Notes under the pieces: generated by a model
The model's input: only the letters and a program-made list of their open reading frames with translations
What the model was told of the DNA's origin: nothing
Database searches by the model: none
Translations under genes and position numbers: made by a program
In this document: one piece after another, positions 1-12,080 of the stretch
How the letters are laid out: each line of letters begins with the position of its first letter
How positions within the stretch are numbered: the first letter of the stretch is position 1
Assembly: GCA_013265495.1 (NCBI GenBank)
Contig: MU058815.1
Span: 938,523-1,002,522, forward strand
DNA: 64,000 nt
Direction of reading: 5' to 3'
Origin: Vicugna vicugna
Lineage: Eukaryota

Positions 1-1586
1 ATCTTCTATTATTAGCTTTATCCCTTGAAGATCTTCTTACAGGATATTGATTAATTGTGGAAAGCGGTTTTGAGGGGTCTATTTAAATTTTGATGGGAAG
101 TGCCCTGTGAATTTTGCCAGTATCAGTTGGAGATTTTTCCCCAAAGGGAAGCGGGACAAATGATCAGTGTTTCCAGAATGGGCTCCAGTACCATCAGAGA
201 CAGAACGAATAAAAGGTGAGGTCTAAAATTCACTTAATTTATCTGGTTGATTACTTAGATGGCTCCTGTTCATTTCGAGCATTATTTCCCCCTTTGCGAG
301 AAAGAAATTCTGGCACGATACTTCTCTAAGAAGTCTCAGCCTCGTAAATACATAAGTCTGGGCAGAGGAACTAAGGAGAAAAGGGCATAAGCAAAAGGGA
401 ATAGGGTCAGAGACAGGAATTTCTTGAGCTCCATCAGAGACCCCCGCCAGCTGAACTGCCCAGTACTCGGAGGCAGGGCTATTTTATGGCAGTGGGGTTG
501 AGCTCTGAGACTGGCTTCGATGTCCGTTAGGACCGGAAGAGATTTGTCCCCAATCTGGAGAACCGTTTCTCCAAACTGATCAAGAGGGGGGATTGGGGAA
601 GACTCTACAGTTCCCTGGAGCCCCGTCACTGAGAATTGGAAAGACACTGGAAAGGCCGGTTAGAGGACTGAAGACACACACAGCACTTGGATTTGGGAAA
701 ATCTCTATTCAGTGTCCTGGGCCTTTGCACTAATAGCAGAAACTTGAGTGTTTTGATTTGTTTCGGAGCTATGATTATTCAATTCGGTTTTCAAAAAAGA
801 GTAAGTTTAGGGACCTCAAAAGTTTCTCATAATGGCCATTGATATTCTGAATTGCCTTTGCTCAAGTTAGTCCATTTACTTAGAAATGAACACGAGAAAG
901 GACCATGATTCGCAAAAGTAAAACATTGGTCATGGTCCCTGAAGGGGAGGCACTCTCAAGGTATTTATATAACCAAAATCCCACTTCTCAGAGGGTTTTC
1001 TCTAGAAGAAGAGAATAATTTTCAAACAATCTAAACAGCTCCAATAGCTCAAAGAACCCAGATAGCCTTCAGGCCTAATACCAGTCAGTTCTCGGAGCGG
1101 TCCGACCCCAGAGGAGCCAGGCTGCAACTGCTCAACACAGTTCCAATAAAACAGGCCTCATTTCAAAGGGAATTTGGCCGAGGGCCGCACCAGCACAGGT
1201 CAATGAACTAGCCTCTGCTCCCAGAGGAATGGGTTGAAGACCAGCCAACTCCCAGAGGAACAGCCCCAGCTCCAAAAGGAACGGGCTGGAGGCTAACCAG
1301 GTCCGGTCAAAACCGGGTCAGAGTGCCAAAAGAGCACTCACATAGGGAACAAAGCCTTAACCAGAGAGCAAAAAAAAAACCTTAAAATAGATCCCAGATA
1401 AAACCTGGCGAGTTTCAAAATGCAGTGAAAGCAGAGCGTGGATCCAGGAGAAAGACTTAACCCCAAACCCCAGGTTTGGCAAGAAAAGCAGTGACAACAA
1501 GGGACTCAGTGTGGTGCCACACCTCTTTGCTCACCAGCTTTGGAGTCTTCGGGCAATCTTCTCAATTCCTGGATGGGCCACCAAAA
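1..1586 (-). mobile_element. Decayed class I (ERV1/gamma-like) endogenous retrovirus internal region: leader, gag remnant, protease and start of pol; continues off the left edge
   Basis: Minus-strand translation gives several motifs. MA-like: 'WTNLSKGNSEYQWPL*ETFEVPKL' (~860-790). Zinc-knuckle-like: 'CY*CKGPGH*' (~740-705). Protease-like: 'PLDQFGETVLQIGDKSLPVLTDIEAS' and 'G*DFLEKYRARISFSQ'. RT-proximal: 'PASLWGKIS..GKIHRALPIKI*IDPSKPLSTINQYP'. Many stops and frameshifts. Confidence 0.85.
1566..1583 (-). promoter_or_regulatory. Retroviral primer-binding site, tRNA-Ile-like
   Basis: Minus strand reads TGGTGGCCCATCCAGGAA immediately 3' of the LTR; resembles the complement of the tRNA-Ile 3' end (TGGTGGCCCGTACGGGGA). 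Confidence 0.7.
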
Positions 1587-1963
1587 CATTAAGGAATAGA
1601 CTGCCAGTTATTTCTACAGGAAAAAAAAAAAACTTTATTCAGGATCAAGGTAGAATTGCAGTTTAGGGTTTGCAGCCATGGCAAGCCATGTGCAAGTTGC
1701 CCAGCAAAAACAGAGAGGAGGAGTCTTTTCTGGAGGGGAAAGGAAGTGGAGGGCTGCAGCAAATGGAGTGCATTGGAGGAACTGGGAGTTCAAAGGACGG
1801 TGGCTTTTCATTGACTGCGTTGTGACAGTCTCTCATTGGCTGAGCTCTTTTAGGGCAAAAAGAGGAAGCATTGCTTCTTCCTAGTGGGTTCCGCTGTCAT
1901 TGTAGGTTGTGAGAGTTCCCCCTTCTGGTCTCCAGCTCTGAGGTTTCTTACTAATTTTTTACA
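1587..1963 (-). mobile_element. 5' LTR of the ERV
   Basis: Begins TGT on the minus strand at 1963; AATAAA on the minus strand at 1634-1639; abuts the PBS. Confidence 0.75.
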
Positions 1964-2130
1964 GCACCTTACCTGGAACTATTTTATATCTTTTCCACTA
2001 TGAGCATTTTCCATTTTTCTGCCTGACTTTGAGTCTCTGCCAAACTACGAGTGGCTGACCCCCGTGCTCCAGCAAGAACCGAATAAATAGCCTTTGGTTG
2101 TTCTCACTGGGGTGATGACTTCTACCGGAG
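1964..2130 (+). mobile_element. Old ERV1/MER-type LTR 3' fragment
   Basis: 'ctttgagtctctgccaaa...gaataaatagcctttg' R/U5-like pattern; family not certain. Confidence 0.4.
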
Positions 2131-2489
2131 ACCTTTAAGAGATTTGTTTATGTGTCTGCTGTTTCTCTTTAGCAGGTGGCTTGCCCCTTTGCTACCTGGA
2201 GCCATGTCTAATTAACCTTGGCATTGTTCATGCTTAGCACATGCCAAGGCAGTGCTAAATGCATTCGGCTGAGTGATTGAATACACACATGACAGAATCC
2301 AGAGCTCTGCATTCTTGAATCTTCTGGTTCTTGAGCTAAGAATAAAGAAACAATTGCCATTCGTCCGCTCTACCTAAGTGAGGTGAAGGAAGATAAAAGG
2401 AAAAAGAAAGTAGACAAGTAAAAAAATTGTTCTGGGGACGGAATGGATAGGAGGGAGCAATTAATGTGACTGTGACTTTTGCTAGCTGG

Positions 2490-2997
2490 TGTCAACTGAA
2501 AAAAACCACACAACCTAAAAGCTGAGAATTATGTTTTATTTTGTGGATTTTCTGAGGACTTCAAGCCTCTCAGACACTCTAAGGGGCTGCTCCAAAGAGG
2601 TAAGAGAGGAGCCAGAGATATAAAGGGGTTTTTGCAGCAAAGACCAGGCAATCAGAACATCAAAAGATTACTGTTTATTAAAGTAAACCAGCTATCTCAA
2701 GTTAAGGAATTTGGTGTTTTTCTATATATGGGAAGATACAAGAGTCTGGGTTCATTGAAATCATTCCTTTGATATGCACCTTAGCTCTCTAGGGCCCGTA
2801 TTCTGTTTTTCCACTTCCTGAGCCCCCTCCGGGTGCACCACTGGGGGCGGCTGCAGTGGCTGAGAGCTTGGCAGTGGGCAGCCCATTTGTCTCCATCCTG
2901 AGTTCTTGCAGGGCACACCAACAGGGGTGGATGTATTGGCTTGACGGCTGCAACATCCTTTGTTTACTGATACCGCAGGCAACGTTTTTCACTCACA
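2490..2997 (-). mobile_element. Solo LTR (ERV1-type) with 4-bp TSD CTGG
   Basis: TG...CA termini; CTGG at 2486-2489 and 2998-3001; minus-strand AATAAA near 2535. Confidence 0.85.
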
Positions 2998-3307
2998 CTG
3001 GACTACGGGTGAGGCAGGTCCTGGTTTTATGGAGCCCTTTGGGGTCCTCTGTGAGGCAGATGGTAGAGGTTTAGATACAGGCCCTGGGTCAGGCTGGTAC
3101 AAGTGACAGCCTAAAGCTTAAGTGACCTTAGCCATTAATGGCAAAGGTGAGTTGTGAACCTGTGGCTTGTCCCTCACCACTGACTTAAATTTGGCGTTAG
3201 AAACTGTTAAAACTTTTAACTAGAGTTAAATTCAGTTTAACTTAACTGAGACACGTTTAAAAAGTTGACTTTATTTGAACAAAAATCCACTTGGCTCAGG
3301 CAGCATC

Positions 3308-3821
3308 TGTTACCGAATTCAGGTCCAGCAGCTCACCACTCAAAAATCAATACTGAGAGGCAATTGTTGGTGGAAAGGGAAGTTGCTTTTAGTCAGAATG
3401 CCAGCAATCTGGGGACAAGGTGGACTCGTGTCCCCCAAAAACCAACTCCAAAGATTCTGCTCAGCCATGGAAGTTTGAAAGGGGTCAGAGTCACCATCCC
3501 CCATCGCATGCAGGCTTGTCGACTTCTTGTGACCTTCCTTTACGTGCTGTCTTGTTCACGCAGTTTGTTCATCAGATGCCTGTAAGGGGAGCGTGGAAAG
3601 AGATCTGTTCATCTGTTAATTACTTCTTTTTCATTTTTACTTCTTTGATCTACGGAAAGAACCAACAGGTTAGGCAAAGTGTTGTGTGATCAAAAGATCT
3701 GAACGTTGTGGTTGGGCCAGAGATGAGTAGGGCACGGGGGTGCCTGGTTTAAAAGTTAGTTACAGTGTAGTTTTGGGACAGCGACAAAGCAAAAGGGGTT
3801 TCCTACAAAGAGCGGCTTACC
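3308..3821 (-). mobile_element. Nested solo LTR with TSD CATC
   Basis: Starts TGTTACC; CATC at 3304-3307 and 3822-3825. Confidence 0.7.
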
Positions 3822-3999
3822 CATCCAGTCTAGCAGACAGAAAGGGACTCACAGGAGCTGTACAAAATGAGAGACTTTTATAGGCAGAAGGCAGTGGAAA
3901 TAAGGAAGTTGTAATAGGCAGAAAGGCAGGCTTGTTATTGCAAGATTACTTTTCTTTAGGGGATGGCAAGGGGGGCTCTCTGGCAGACTACCTAACTGT

Positions 4000-4478
4000 T
4001 GTGGGGTTCAGCGGGCTGGTGTCTCAGATGGTAAAATGATTTACCACAGACAGAGAATGAAAATAGAAGAGGAGTTTAATAGACTATGCGGTGGGCCACA
4101 CAGATGAGCAGCGCCTGTGCGAGCAATGGGGCTTGGTCGCTGAGGCCTTTTACGGAGACGAGGAGATGGTGAACACAGTGGGTTGGGGGCTGTGTGATCA
4201 GCTCATGGGCAAGTTTTTGATCGGTTGTAGGTGAGGTAAGAAGTTTAGGGTCCGTAAAAGAGGGGTGGGATTTACGACTCTGGAAAGGTGGAGATGTGGG
4301 CTGAAACAAGCCAGCTTGAGCCATGGGGAGAGTGGGCATTCCCTAGGGCTGTGAGTCTGTTAGCGCAAACACGCCCGGTAAAGACTGTGCTTTATCTTTT
4401 GAGGGACTGCAGGCAGGCGCATCTGAGGGCCCAGGAACGGGGGTCCCTGGACTTTGAAGGCCACCAGTTGGCCCCACG
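4000..4478 (-). mobile_element. Second nested solo LTR
   Basis: TGTGGGG...CCCCACG inverted termini; flanks CTGT/CTGA (imperfect TSD); minus-strand ATTAAA ~4075. Confidence 0.65.
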
Positions 4479-5721
4479 CTGACCGGTGCTCACAGGTAGT
4501 TCCTGATTGACTGGTTTAAGACTCTATTTCTGGGAGACCTGAAACTGTAATTAAGTCTTGGCTTGATGACACTGGGCTTAGCACTGGCGACTCCATTTGG
4601 GGGTCTGCTGTCATGCTTTTTAACAGAGCACTGAGCATCAGTCTGAGATCCTGCTGAAAATCTCTTAGGGGACAAGAGAAGCAGCCATTTCAGGAGCAGA
4701 CAGCAATAAACAGTTTGCTGAGTTCACTGGACTGCATTTCCAATGCTATATTTAGAGTTAAGGTCCCATAGCTCTTCTTATTTATTTAATTACTTGAAAA
4801 AAAATAATCAGGACTGCTCTTTGTACTTTACAGAATGTCTTGCCAGGCAATAGTCAAAGCTGTCCTCGTGTTATCTCAAACACAGAGTAGTCATCTGTGG
4901 CCTGGAGAGGAACATTAGAGTAGAAAAAGGCATTGGGAAATGAAATTAAGCTCCCGCGAATCCCAATCTCTAACTTGTAATTGCTCGAGCTCGTCTTTTC
5001 CTTGCTTTGTCGCCGTTTCTAATGACACTTCAAGGGCTCAGCTGCAAGGTCGTCACTGCTTTGGAAGAGATTTGTTGTTTTTCTTTGGGTCAGCTGGGCT
5101 GTTTAATTACTGGGGTTAAAGCTCACAAACACAGTTGTTCGGTATGACCAGGAGATTCACAAAAAGCAAGGGCATACAAGATGGAATGATTTTAAGATGC
5201 TTTGTTTTGTTTATGATTTTCCCTCTATTCTTAATTGCTCAGGAATAGATACCCAAATTACAATTTAGGGGTGTGGTAAAAATTAAGTTTACCTATTTCT
5301 ACACTAAACCTTTTAGCTGCAAAAACTGAGATAAGGTTTCCATTATTTCATATTTTTTTGTACTAAGGCTTTTCACACCAAATGTTTTCACAACAACACA
5401 TAAAAAAATAAAATAGAACTGCTATGCTTATAATGAAGAGAAACTCCCCGAGCACATAAATTCCTGCTCTATGCTCTTCCAGCCAGATGTACCCATTATG
5501 GTAGAAATTTGTGCTTCATTGGAAAATTATGCGTTGTTTAGAGCACAAATTCCCAGGTTATGTGACAGATTTTTTGCTTGCTCTGACCCTTTTATTGCCT
5601 TTCAGCTATTTAACAACTCTGAAAGTTTTAGATATGATAGCCATGCGAAATAATTCTTGTCAATAGATATATGCAAATAAGCTTTTTAATAAAAGGTGGA
5701 GGTTCAATTGACCACCCCATG

Positions 5722-6290
5722 GTGGCGAAGGGTAGCAAAATATACCACCCCCAAATATGTCTCTTTGGCAGAAGTTTTATCTTGAGCTGATTATTTCTTA
5801 AAAACTGCGGAGACAGGAAAAGCTTTGAAAACTTGGTAGAAGTTACCCTTTCTAGGAGGCATTTAAATTTACAGAGGAAATCTCCATTTGTACGGGAAGA
5901 GGAAGATAACAAAATCTCTAGAAACTCTTACCAATGGAGAAGGCAAGGACTTAACTCAGCATAACAACCATGCCCTTATTCACTGTGCTTTGCCTGATAC
6001 CCTCATCTGGCCCCCCGCCCCCCGACGTCTTTGATCTTTAGCTGAAGATGGCACTTTAGGTGGTACCTTGGTCATTTGCGATTTACTCAGCTTTTCTGAA
6101 TAACTGAGAGCTACTGTTTCAGGGGGAGATACTCAGTTTGGGGGGATTGCTCAGTTTTTCTGGGTATGAAGATACACTTATTATTAAACTTCTCTTTGGT
6201 TTTCTCCCATTAATCTTTTTACGGGGGTTGGGGGGGGACGTTTAGTCAAGAACCTAGAAGGTTAGAGGGAAAATTCTTTTCTCGACTGTA
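5722..6290 (+). mobile_element. Old ERV1 LTR, MER34/MER39-like
   Basis: 5' signature 'gaagggtagcaaaatataccacccccaaatatgtctctttggc'; ATTAAA ~6183; boundaries approximate. Confidence 0.6.
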
Positions 6291-6685
6291 AAATGGAAAA
6301 AAAATTTCTGCCTCCACTAAAAAATGTATTTTCGTATTCCTGGCGTATGAATCTATTTTGGGATTCTCTGCTGAACCAGTTGTAACATCTTCCTAATTTA
6401 TCTCATCAGTAATAAGTTAAATAAGATCTTTAACACACTTATTTCATACCTTCACTAGATATATAATTTTGCCTTTTTACCCTTCTTTGTTTTTAAATTG
6501 TCCTTTAAAACCATTTTGCATCCTGTAAAGCATAGGTCTTCTAGTGATTACTTATAATCAAATGAACAAATTAATATAAACAAATGAAAATCATTTGTTT
6601 CTTTCACTATTTCTTGACTGTTTTCTTTAGACAGTACTGAATCTTCTCTCCTAATTTTTGAGAATTTTATTTTCTTTTTTGTTAT

Positions 6686-7150
6686 TGTCATGGGACAAGG
6701 CAGGCTGTTGTCACAGGCGGTGAGAGAATTTATCAGAGGCAAAGTGGAAGGAAAAGCGTATTAGAGCTACCCTGCCACAGACAGCAGCAGGCCACACAGA
6801 CGGGACGTGCCAGTGGGAGCCCCAAGGACCGGCCGCTGAGGTCTTTTATGGGCAAGGGGCTGGTGAACACAGCGGGCTGAGGGCTGCATTTGTGAGCAAT
6901 TCTCTGGTTGATGTTGAGGTACCAGGGAAGGGAGGGAAATGTGAAAGTGTAGGGCCACAGGACTCTGCAGGGGGCTGTCACTGGTTCTGGTGGTCAGGCG
7001 TCCAGGCGGTGAATAGACGATCATTATCTCAGGTAAGGGAGGTATGTGTTCAGGGAAGAACTGTTCTTTGTTTCCTTTTAAAGGCAGCAACTGGACACCT
7101 GAGGGGTCTCGGACTGGGAATCTGCCCAGCGTCTGTGGGCCCCAGTTATT
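6686..7150 (-). mobile_element. Probable LTR element
   Basis: TG start, minus-strand TATA-like 'cataaaag' ~6845, LTR-like composition; boundaries approximate. Confidence 0.4.
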
Positions 7151-8420
7151 ACCCAGAGTTGGCCAAACTCAGGGGTAAGGCACAGCCTCCCAGAGTGCCA
7201 AGTCTGTCTGTTACAGAACACAAGTTCCTGCACCCGGATGCACAGTGAGGCCAAACAGACTGAAGTGATGGAGCGCGGAGCAGAGAAAGGTTTACTGCAG
7301 CGCCAAAGAAGGAGAGCAGGTAGCTCGTGCTCAAAGCCCCTGAACTGTCCCATGGCTGCCAGGGGGAAGGTTTTATAGGCAAAATTTGGGGTGAGGGCAG
7401 CAGAGTGCGTGACTTTCTTATGATTGGTTGGTAGTGAGGTAACAGGGCATTTTTCTAGAAATCTTGCGCTCAGCCTGAAGCTACCATCCTCCAGCTGGGT
7501 GGGGGCCTTAGCTCCTGCAGAAGAACTCGAAGATACTATTATGCATATTCCTTCAGCAGGAACCAGGACCCCGCCCCAGGGCTGCGCTATTGTTCCGTGG
7601 CTTGTTCGCCTTTGTTTCTGCATCCCCTTACTTTCCTGGTTACTTCTCTGCTTGAATCTGCCCCTTGGAACTCAGGGAAGGTCTTAGGGAGCTGAGTGAA
7701 GCCTATTTCCTACAAACAAGAAATGGAGGACATGTTCAGTTTCATGTCCAAGACTTTAGACACCCTCACTTCAGCGCACACCCAGGACCACCCTCTCGTC
7801 ACAGCAGCTTGTTACAAACTTGGGGATCCCTATGATCACCTTCAGGTTTGATAATTCACTAACGTGACTCACAGAACTTAAAAAAAGCACTGCACTTCAG
7901 AATAAAATTTTATTGTAGCAAGAAGGTAACATTAAAATCAGCTGAAGGGAGAGATGCATAGTGCAGCATCTGAGAGGGGTCCAAATGCAGAGTTTCCCAG
8001 GACACCATAACTCCATAATCCCCTACAGAGTCATGGATGGCAAGACACACCACCACCACCACCAGCCAACAATGGGGACAAATACACAGAGAATACCACC
8101 AACCAGGGAAGTGCTCCCAGACTTTGAGTCCAGAGTTTCTATTGAGGTTTTATTACAGGCACAGTTGATTGATTCACTGCCCGTGTGGTTGTACTCAGTC
8201 CTCAGCCCCCTTTCCCCTCCCTGGATGTCAAATTTTATCTCAGGGCCCAAGGGATCCACCCTGAATCACCTTGTTAGCAAAAACTATCAGATGTGGCTCC
8301 AGGAGGCTACCATGAATAACCAAAATGCTCCCATCACTCAGTAAATTATTAGACTTTAAAATTTAGCTGAGAACAAAGGCCATACCTTTCTTTGAGAGGG
8401 GCCAAATTCCTTATTACACA
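7150..8420 (-). mobile_element. MER21-like LTR, split by the 7209-7744 insertion
   Basis: 'tcaggtttgataattcacta...actcacagaact' and 'gtccagagtttctattgagg' MER21-type motifs; ends '...ttattacaca'. Confidence 0.6.
7209..7744 (-). mobile_element. Solo LTR with TSD TGTC, inserted in a MER21-like LTR
   Basis: TG...CA termini; TGTC at 7205-7208 and 7745-7748; minus-strand TATAAAA ~7371. Confidence 0.8.
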
Positions 8421-9237
8421 TTTATACTGTGTATTTTTATAACGTTAAGTAGTAAACATAACTGTTTTTCTCATCTCTCGTCCTCTGGAATCCCAGAAAG
8501 TGGGATGAGAAATAACACAAATGTTCTTATAGCTTCTTCCTTTTCTTGCTCTACATGTTCCAACTTTTTTCAGCTCTATCTTAGATTTTCCATAGTCAGA
8601 GTCTTTAAAATTATTTTATAAGCATAGGGTGATTTTTTTTTGATCCAGTCCAATTTGTCAGCATCACAACTGCATGTAAATATTGTTTGCTACAAAGTCT
8701 CATCAAATTGAAGGTCATGATTCATGAGCTATTCAGAGAAAAATGCTTCTAGCACTGAGGTAAATTAGATTTTCTCATCTTCTGCTACATAACTCAAAAC
8801 TGCACAGCAGTTTAAGTTGCATCACATTTGGCCCACTATTTCTCTTTCAGGTTTTGTTCCTCTGGGGTTTCTAATTGTTACTCTTTTTCTCTTGCTGACA
8901 AAGTTTACTAAGGTTTCAACGCATCATCAAAATTGTTCAGCCTCTCAATCCCATTTTCTGTTATATACGAGCCACTTAATTTTTAAAGATGCTCTTCCCA
9001 GGGCCCATCTAGTCTTCACGGATCTTTGTTGTTTTGAAATTTTTTGAGGATGTTGAGATTTCAAAACAACAGCAATGAGATGTGAAAGTTTTTTCATTCA
9101 TTCCTCTGAGAGGTAGATACGGAAGGGTAGGCCATTCTTTGTGGTTAGCCACTTATCAGCACACAAAAAGACTGGGAATTCCTCAGCTATCACCTGCATC
9201 CAGAGGGCAGGACTTACAGGTTTAACGGGTCACCTCC

Positions 9238-9700
9238 ATCAACTGAAATAAAAACACACAACATGAGAGCTGTGAGTTTGGGTTTTATTGAGGAAATACT
9301 GAGGACTATAGCCCAGGAGGTAGCCTCCCAGATAGCTCAGAGGAGCTGCTCCAAAGAGGCAGTGGGAGGGGTCAGCACATATGTGATTTTGGAGAAGAGG
9401 GATGTGCGATCAGGAACACATCTCTGTGGAAGGTTGCTGCTGGTCACGAGGCCCAGACGTCTTAATTAACGGTTGCAGCATTTTTCTAAGCATGGGAAGA
9501 TGCGAGAAATTGGGTTCAAAAAATGTTCTCCTGAAAATACCTGTCTGAAGCCCTGTTCTGCCACTTTGACCAAAGCACAGAGCGCCTCACGTTCCTCTTC
9601 TCCACCCTGAACTCCTTCCAGGGTGTGTTGAAGGTTGGACGACAGTGGCTAGCGACTCAGTCTTCATAGTGCTCAATGGCTAGTGTCATTCTCCAGGTGG
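9238..9700 (-). mobile_element. Solo LTR related to the 2490-2997 LTR
   Basis: Shares 'tcaactgaaa...cacacaac...ttttatt...tgaggact...ctgctccaaagagg' with the 2490 element. Confidence 0.65.
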
Positions 9701-12080
9701 CTCCTCGTAAATTGATCTCATATTTTCCAGGTTTGATCTTTTACTGCTTTTGTTGACAATGAGACAAACTGGGCGGTTGACCCACCTTTATCTCAGCTCA
9801 GCTCGTGAATTTAAAAATATTTCCCAAGTGTAACATTCATTTTCTTATCCTTTTCATCTTCTTAATATCTTGTCTGGGAAAGGATTTTATATATGCAACA
9901 TTTCCTTGAATTACTTTGAGGATAGGAATTAGAATTTTTAATAACATAATTCTTTCTGTTGCTTGAATTATTGATTTTTCCTTAGAGGATTAATTTTTTT
10001 TAACTTTCTTTACCTTTGTATTTCTCCTTTATCTTTTCTGCATATATCTGGTAATCTCTGGTTGTTCATTTATATATTTATTGTGAATCAAGGATTAGAA
10101 ATCAAATTCAGAAGAGAGGGCTTGAGGTTACATGGATTTCAAGATTGATATGAGGGAGAGAGCTGATGCAGATGATGGCAATCATATCAGATTGCCACTG
10201 AGTGATTGTAAGGGGGATGGCCTGGGTTCCCTCTGCTGTGCTGAAGGAAGGACATTTTCCCAAGAATCCTTTCAAGTTATAAATCTGCCTGGAAACCCTG
10301 TTGATAGAGGTGGGCATAGCAGTGATAGGACTTGCTTTAACCTCCCTAACTGAAGTGTCACCTCTTTGGAAGCACCACACCTGAAAACCAAGATCAGTCA
10401 CCCATCCCAGCCTACTGTCTACATTAACATGACTTCATTATTCCACTGTCCACATCAACATGGTTCCAAGAAACCCATCAACAGAGAGATAGAAGTTGTA
10501 ATGGCCTCTATTTTTCATTCCAAGAATGTCTATCAAAATAAACTTAGCCAACTACCTCATGCCAGCTCCGAGCAGCTGAATTTTACTGGATGAAATTAGA
10601 AGAGCTGAGTGATAGCAATATAATTAATTCACAACTGTCTCAAATGAGCACTCAGAAGTGCCCACCAATCCTACTATGTTACTGTAGTAAGCTCTGTCTT
10701 CTATTAGTAGAGAAGACACTTTGACGTGATGTCTAATTTTTTTCAACTATCCCAACCCAAAGTCACTTTTTCCTACATGAGCTGTTCTTGGTCCTCAGTT
10801 TATTGAAAAAAGACATCAGAAAGTTTGTCATCTTTCAAGCAGCACATCAACACATCTATGTGTGTACTTACTTTCTTCTCCCTTTTCCCAACTTTTACAA
10901 AAAGAAACATCCCATCTCAGATCAAAGGATAGTCCTACCATGTCCCATCATGGAAGGCAGGACCCTCATCTTTCCTGTCTTTTAAGGGAATACGTTCCAT
11001 CAGATGTTTTAGTGATAGAGAGTTGAGCATCTCCTATGTGCCACGCACATTCTAGTAGCAACAGTGAGCCAAACACTTGAGGTGAAAGAAGAATGATGTA
11101 AGTATTAGATTGGAGTAACTCTGTAGATGCAGTGGCATTGACTCATGTAGAAAATACTGAGGAAGTCAGGAGAGGGGGAAAAGGAAACCAAGAGTTCTAT
11201 TTGGTTACCGTGAGGCTATCTGTTTGACACACCAATGAACACACTTGTCTGGAGAAGCTCAAATTGAATTTTTTGAGGCCGTGGACTAGATAACTTACCC
11301 ACAGAGAGAATACAGTTACAAGAGAAAATTCAGAAGTGGCACCGAGGACCTCTGACAATCAGCAGTTACATGAAGGGGATTCAGTGAAGAAAAAGTAGGA
11401 GAAGCAGAATCTAAAATGAAAACCAGAATCTGGTAAGCGAGTTATTTTGGACCTGTTGACTCCAGATGCTGTGACTGTTATCTGAGCACAGCATCTCTGT
11501 TGGCCTAACCCAGATCTCAGATGACTGGAAATAATATTGTTCAAGGGTTTCGAGTTTTCCTAAAATCTCATTAATCCGGATTGCATCCAACAGGCATACT
11601 ATAAATAATTTATAAGAGCATTTAATGTTTGGGAGCTTAATTAGAAATCACAGTCCTTTACAACTCACACTCCAGGAGTAGAGAAAGTATTTAAGATGTT
11701 GGAATAAACCATTCATTAAAAAGTGAAATAGGCCAAGCTGTAATTAACACAGCCAGTTGAATGCATTCCATAACTTATGACCCAGTCCAGTAGCTTTTCA
11801 GAAATGCACATGTTGTCTTTACTTCTGAATCTGAGTTTATCATTTCAATGCCGCTTTCCCTGACCCAAATAATGCAAACTTTAGAGTGCCCTGTGAGTGG
11901 AGAATAGCACTAAATAAAAACTGTAAATAATCTGCTTATTAATTCATGAATTCCAAAAAATTTTGAAACCTAGCTAATAAGGAAAAACTTTAAATTCTGT
12001 TCTATCTATGTAAAGAATGCGTATATCAAAAACAAAAAGTGTATTTCATTTATTGAATCAAAGAACAGATTGCAGAACAA

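Larger units (their letters stand above)
3205..4625 (-). mobile_element. Solo LTR interrupted by two nested LTR insertions
   Basis: TGTTAAAA...TTTTAACA inverted termini; minus-strand AATAAA ~3270 and TATAAAA ~3876; the sequence rejoins across the inserts (ggcag-catc-cagtctagcag). Confidence 0.65.

Noticed and set aside
7078..7687. 181-aa and overlapping ORFs
   Set aside because: They lie within LTR sequence and cross element boundaries
10100..10600. Complex sequence with short ORFs on both strands
   Set aside because: No recognisable motif in the frames I read; adjoins a T-rich old L1-like stretch and may belong to it
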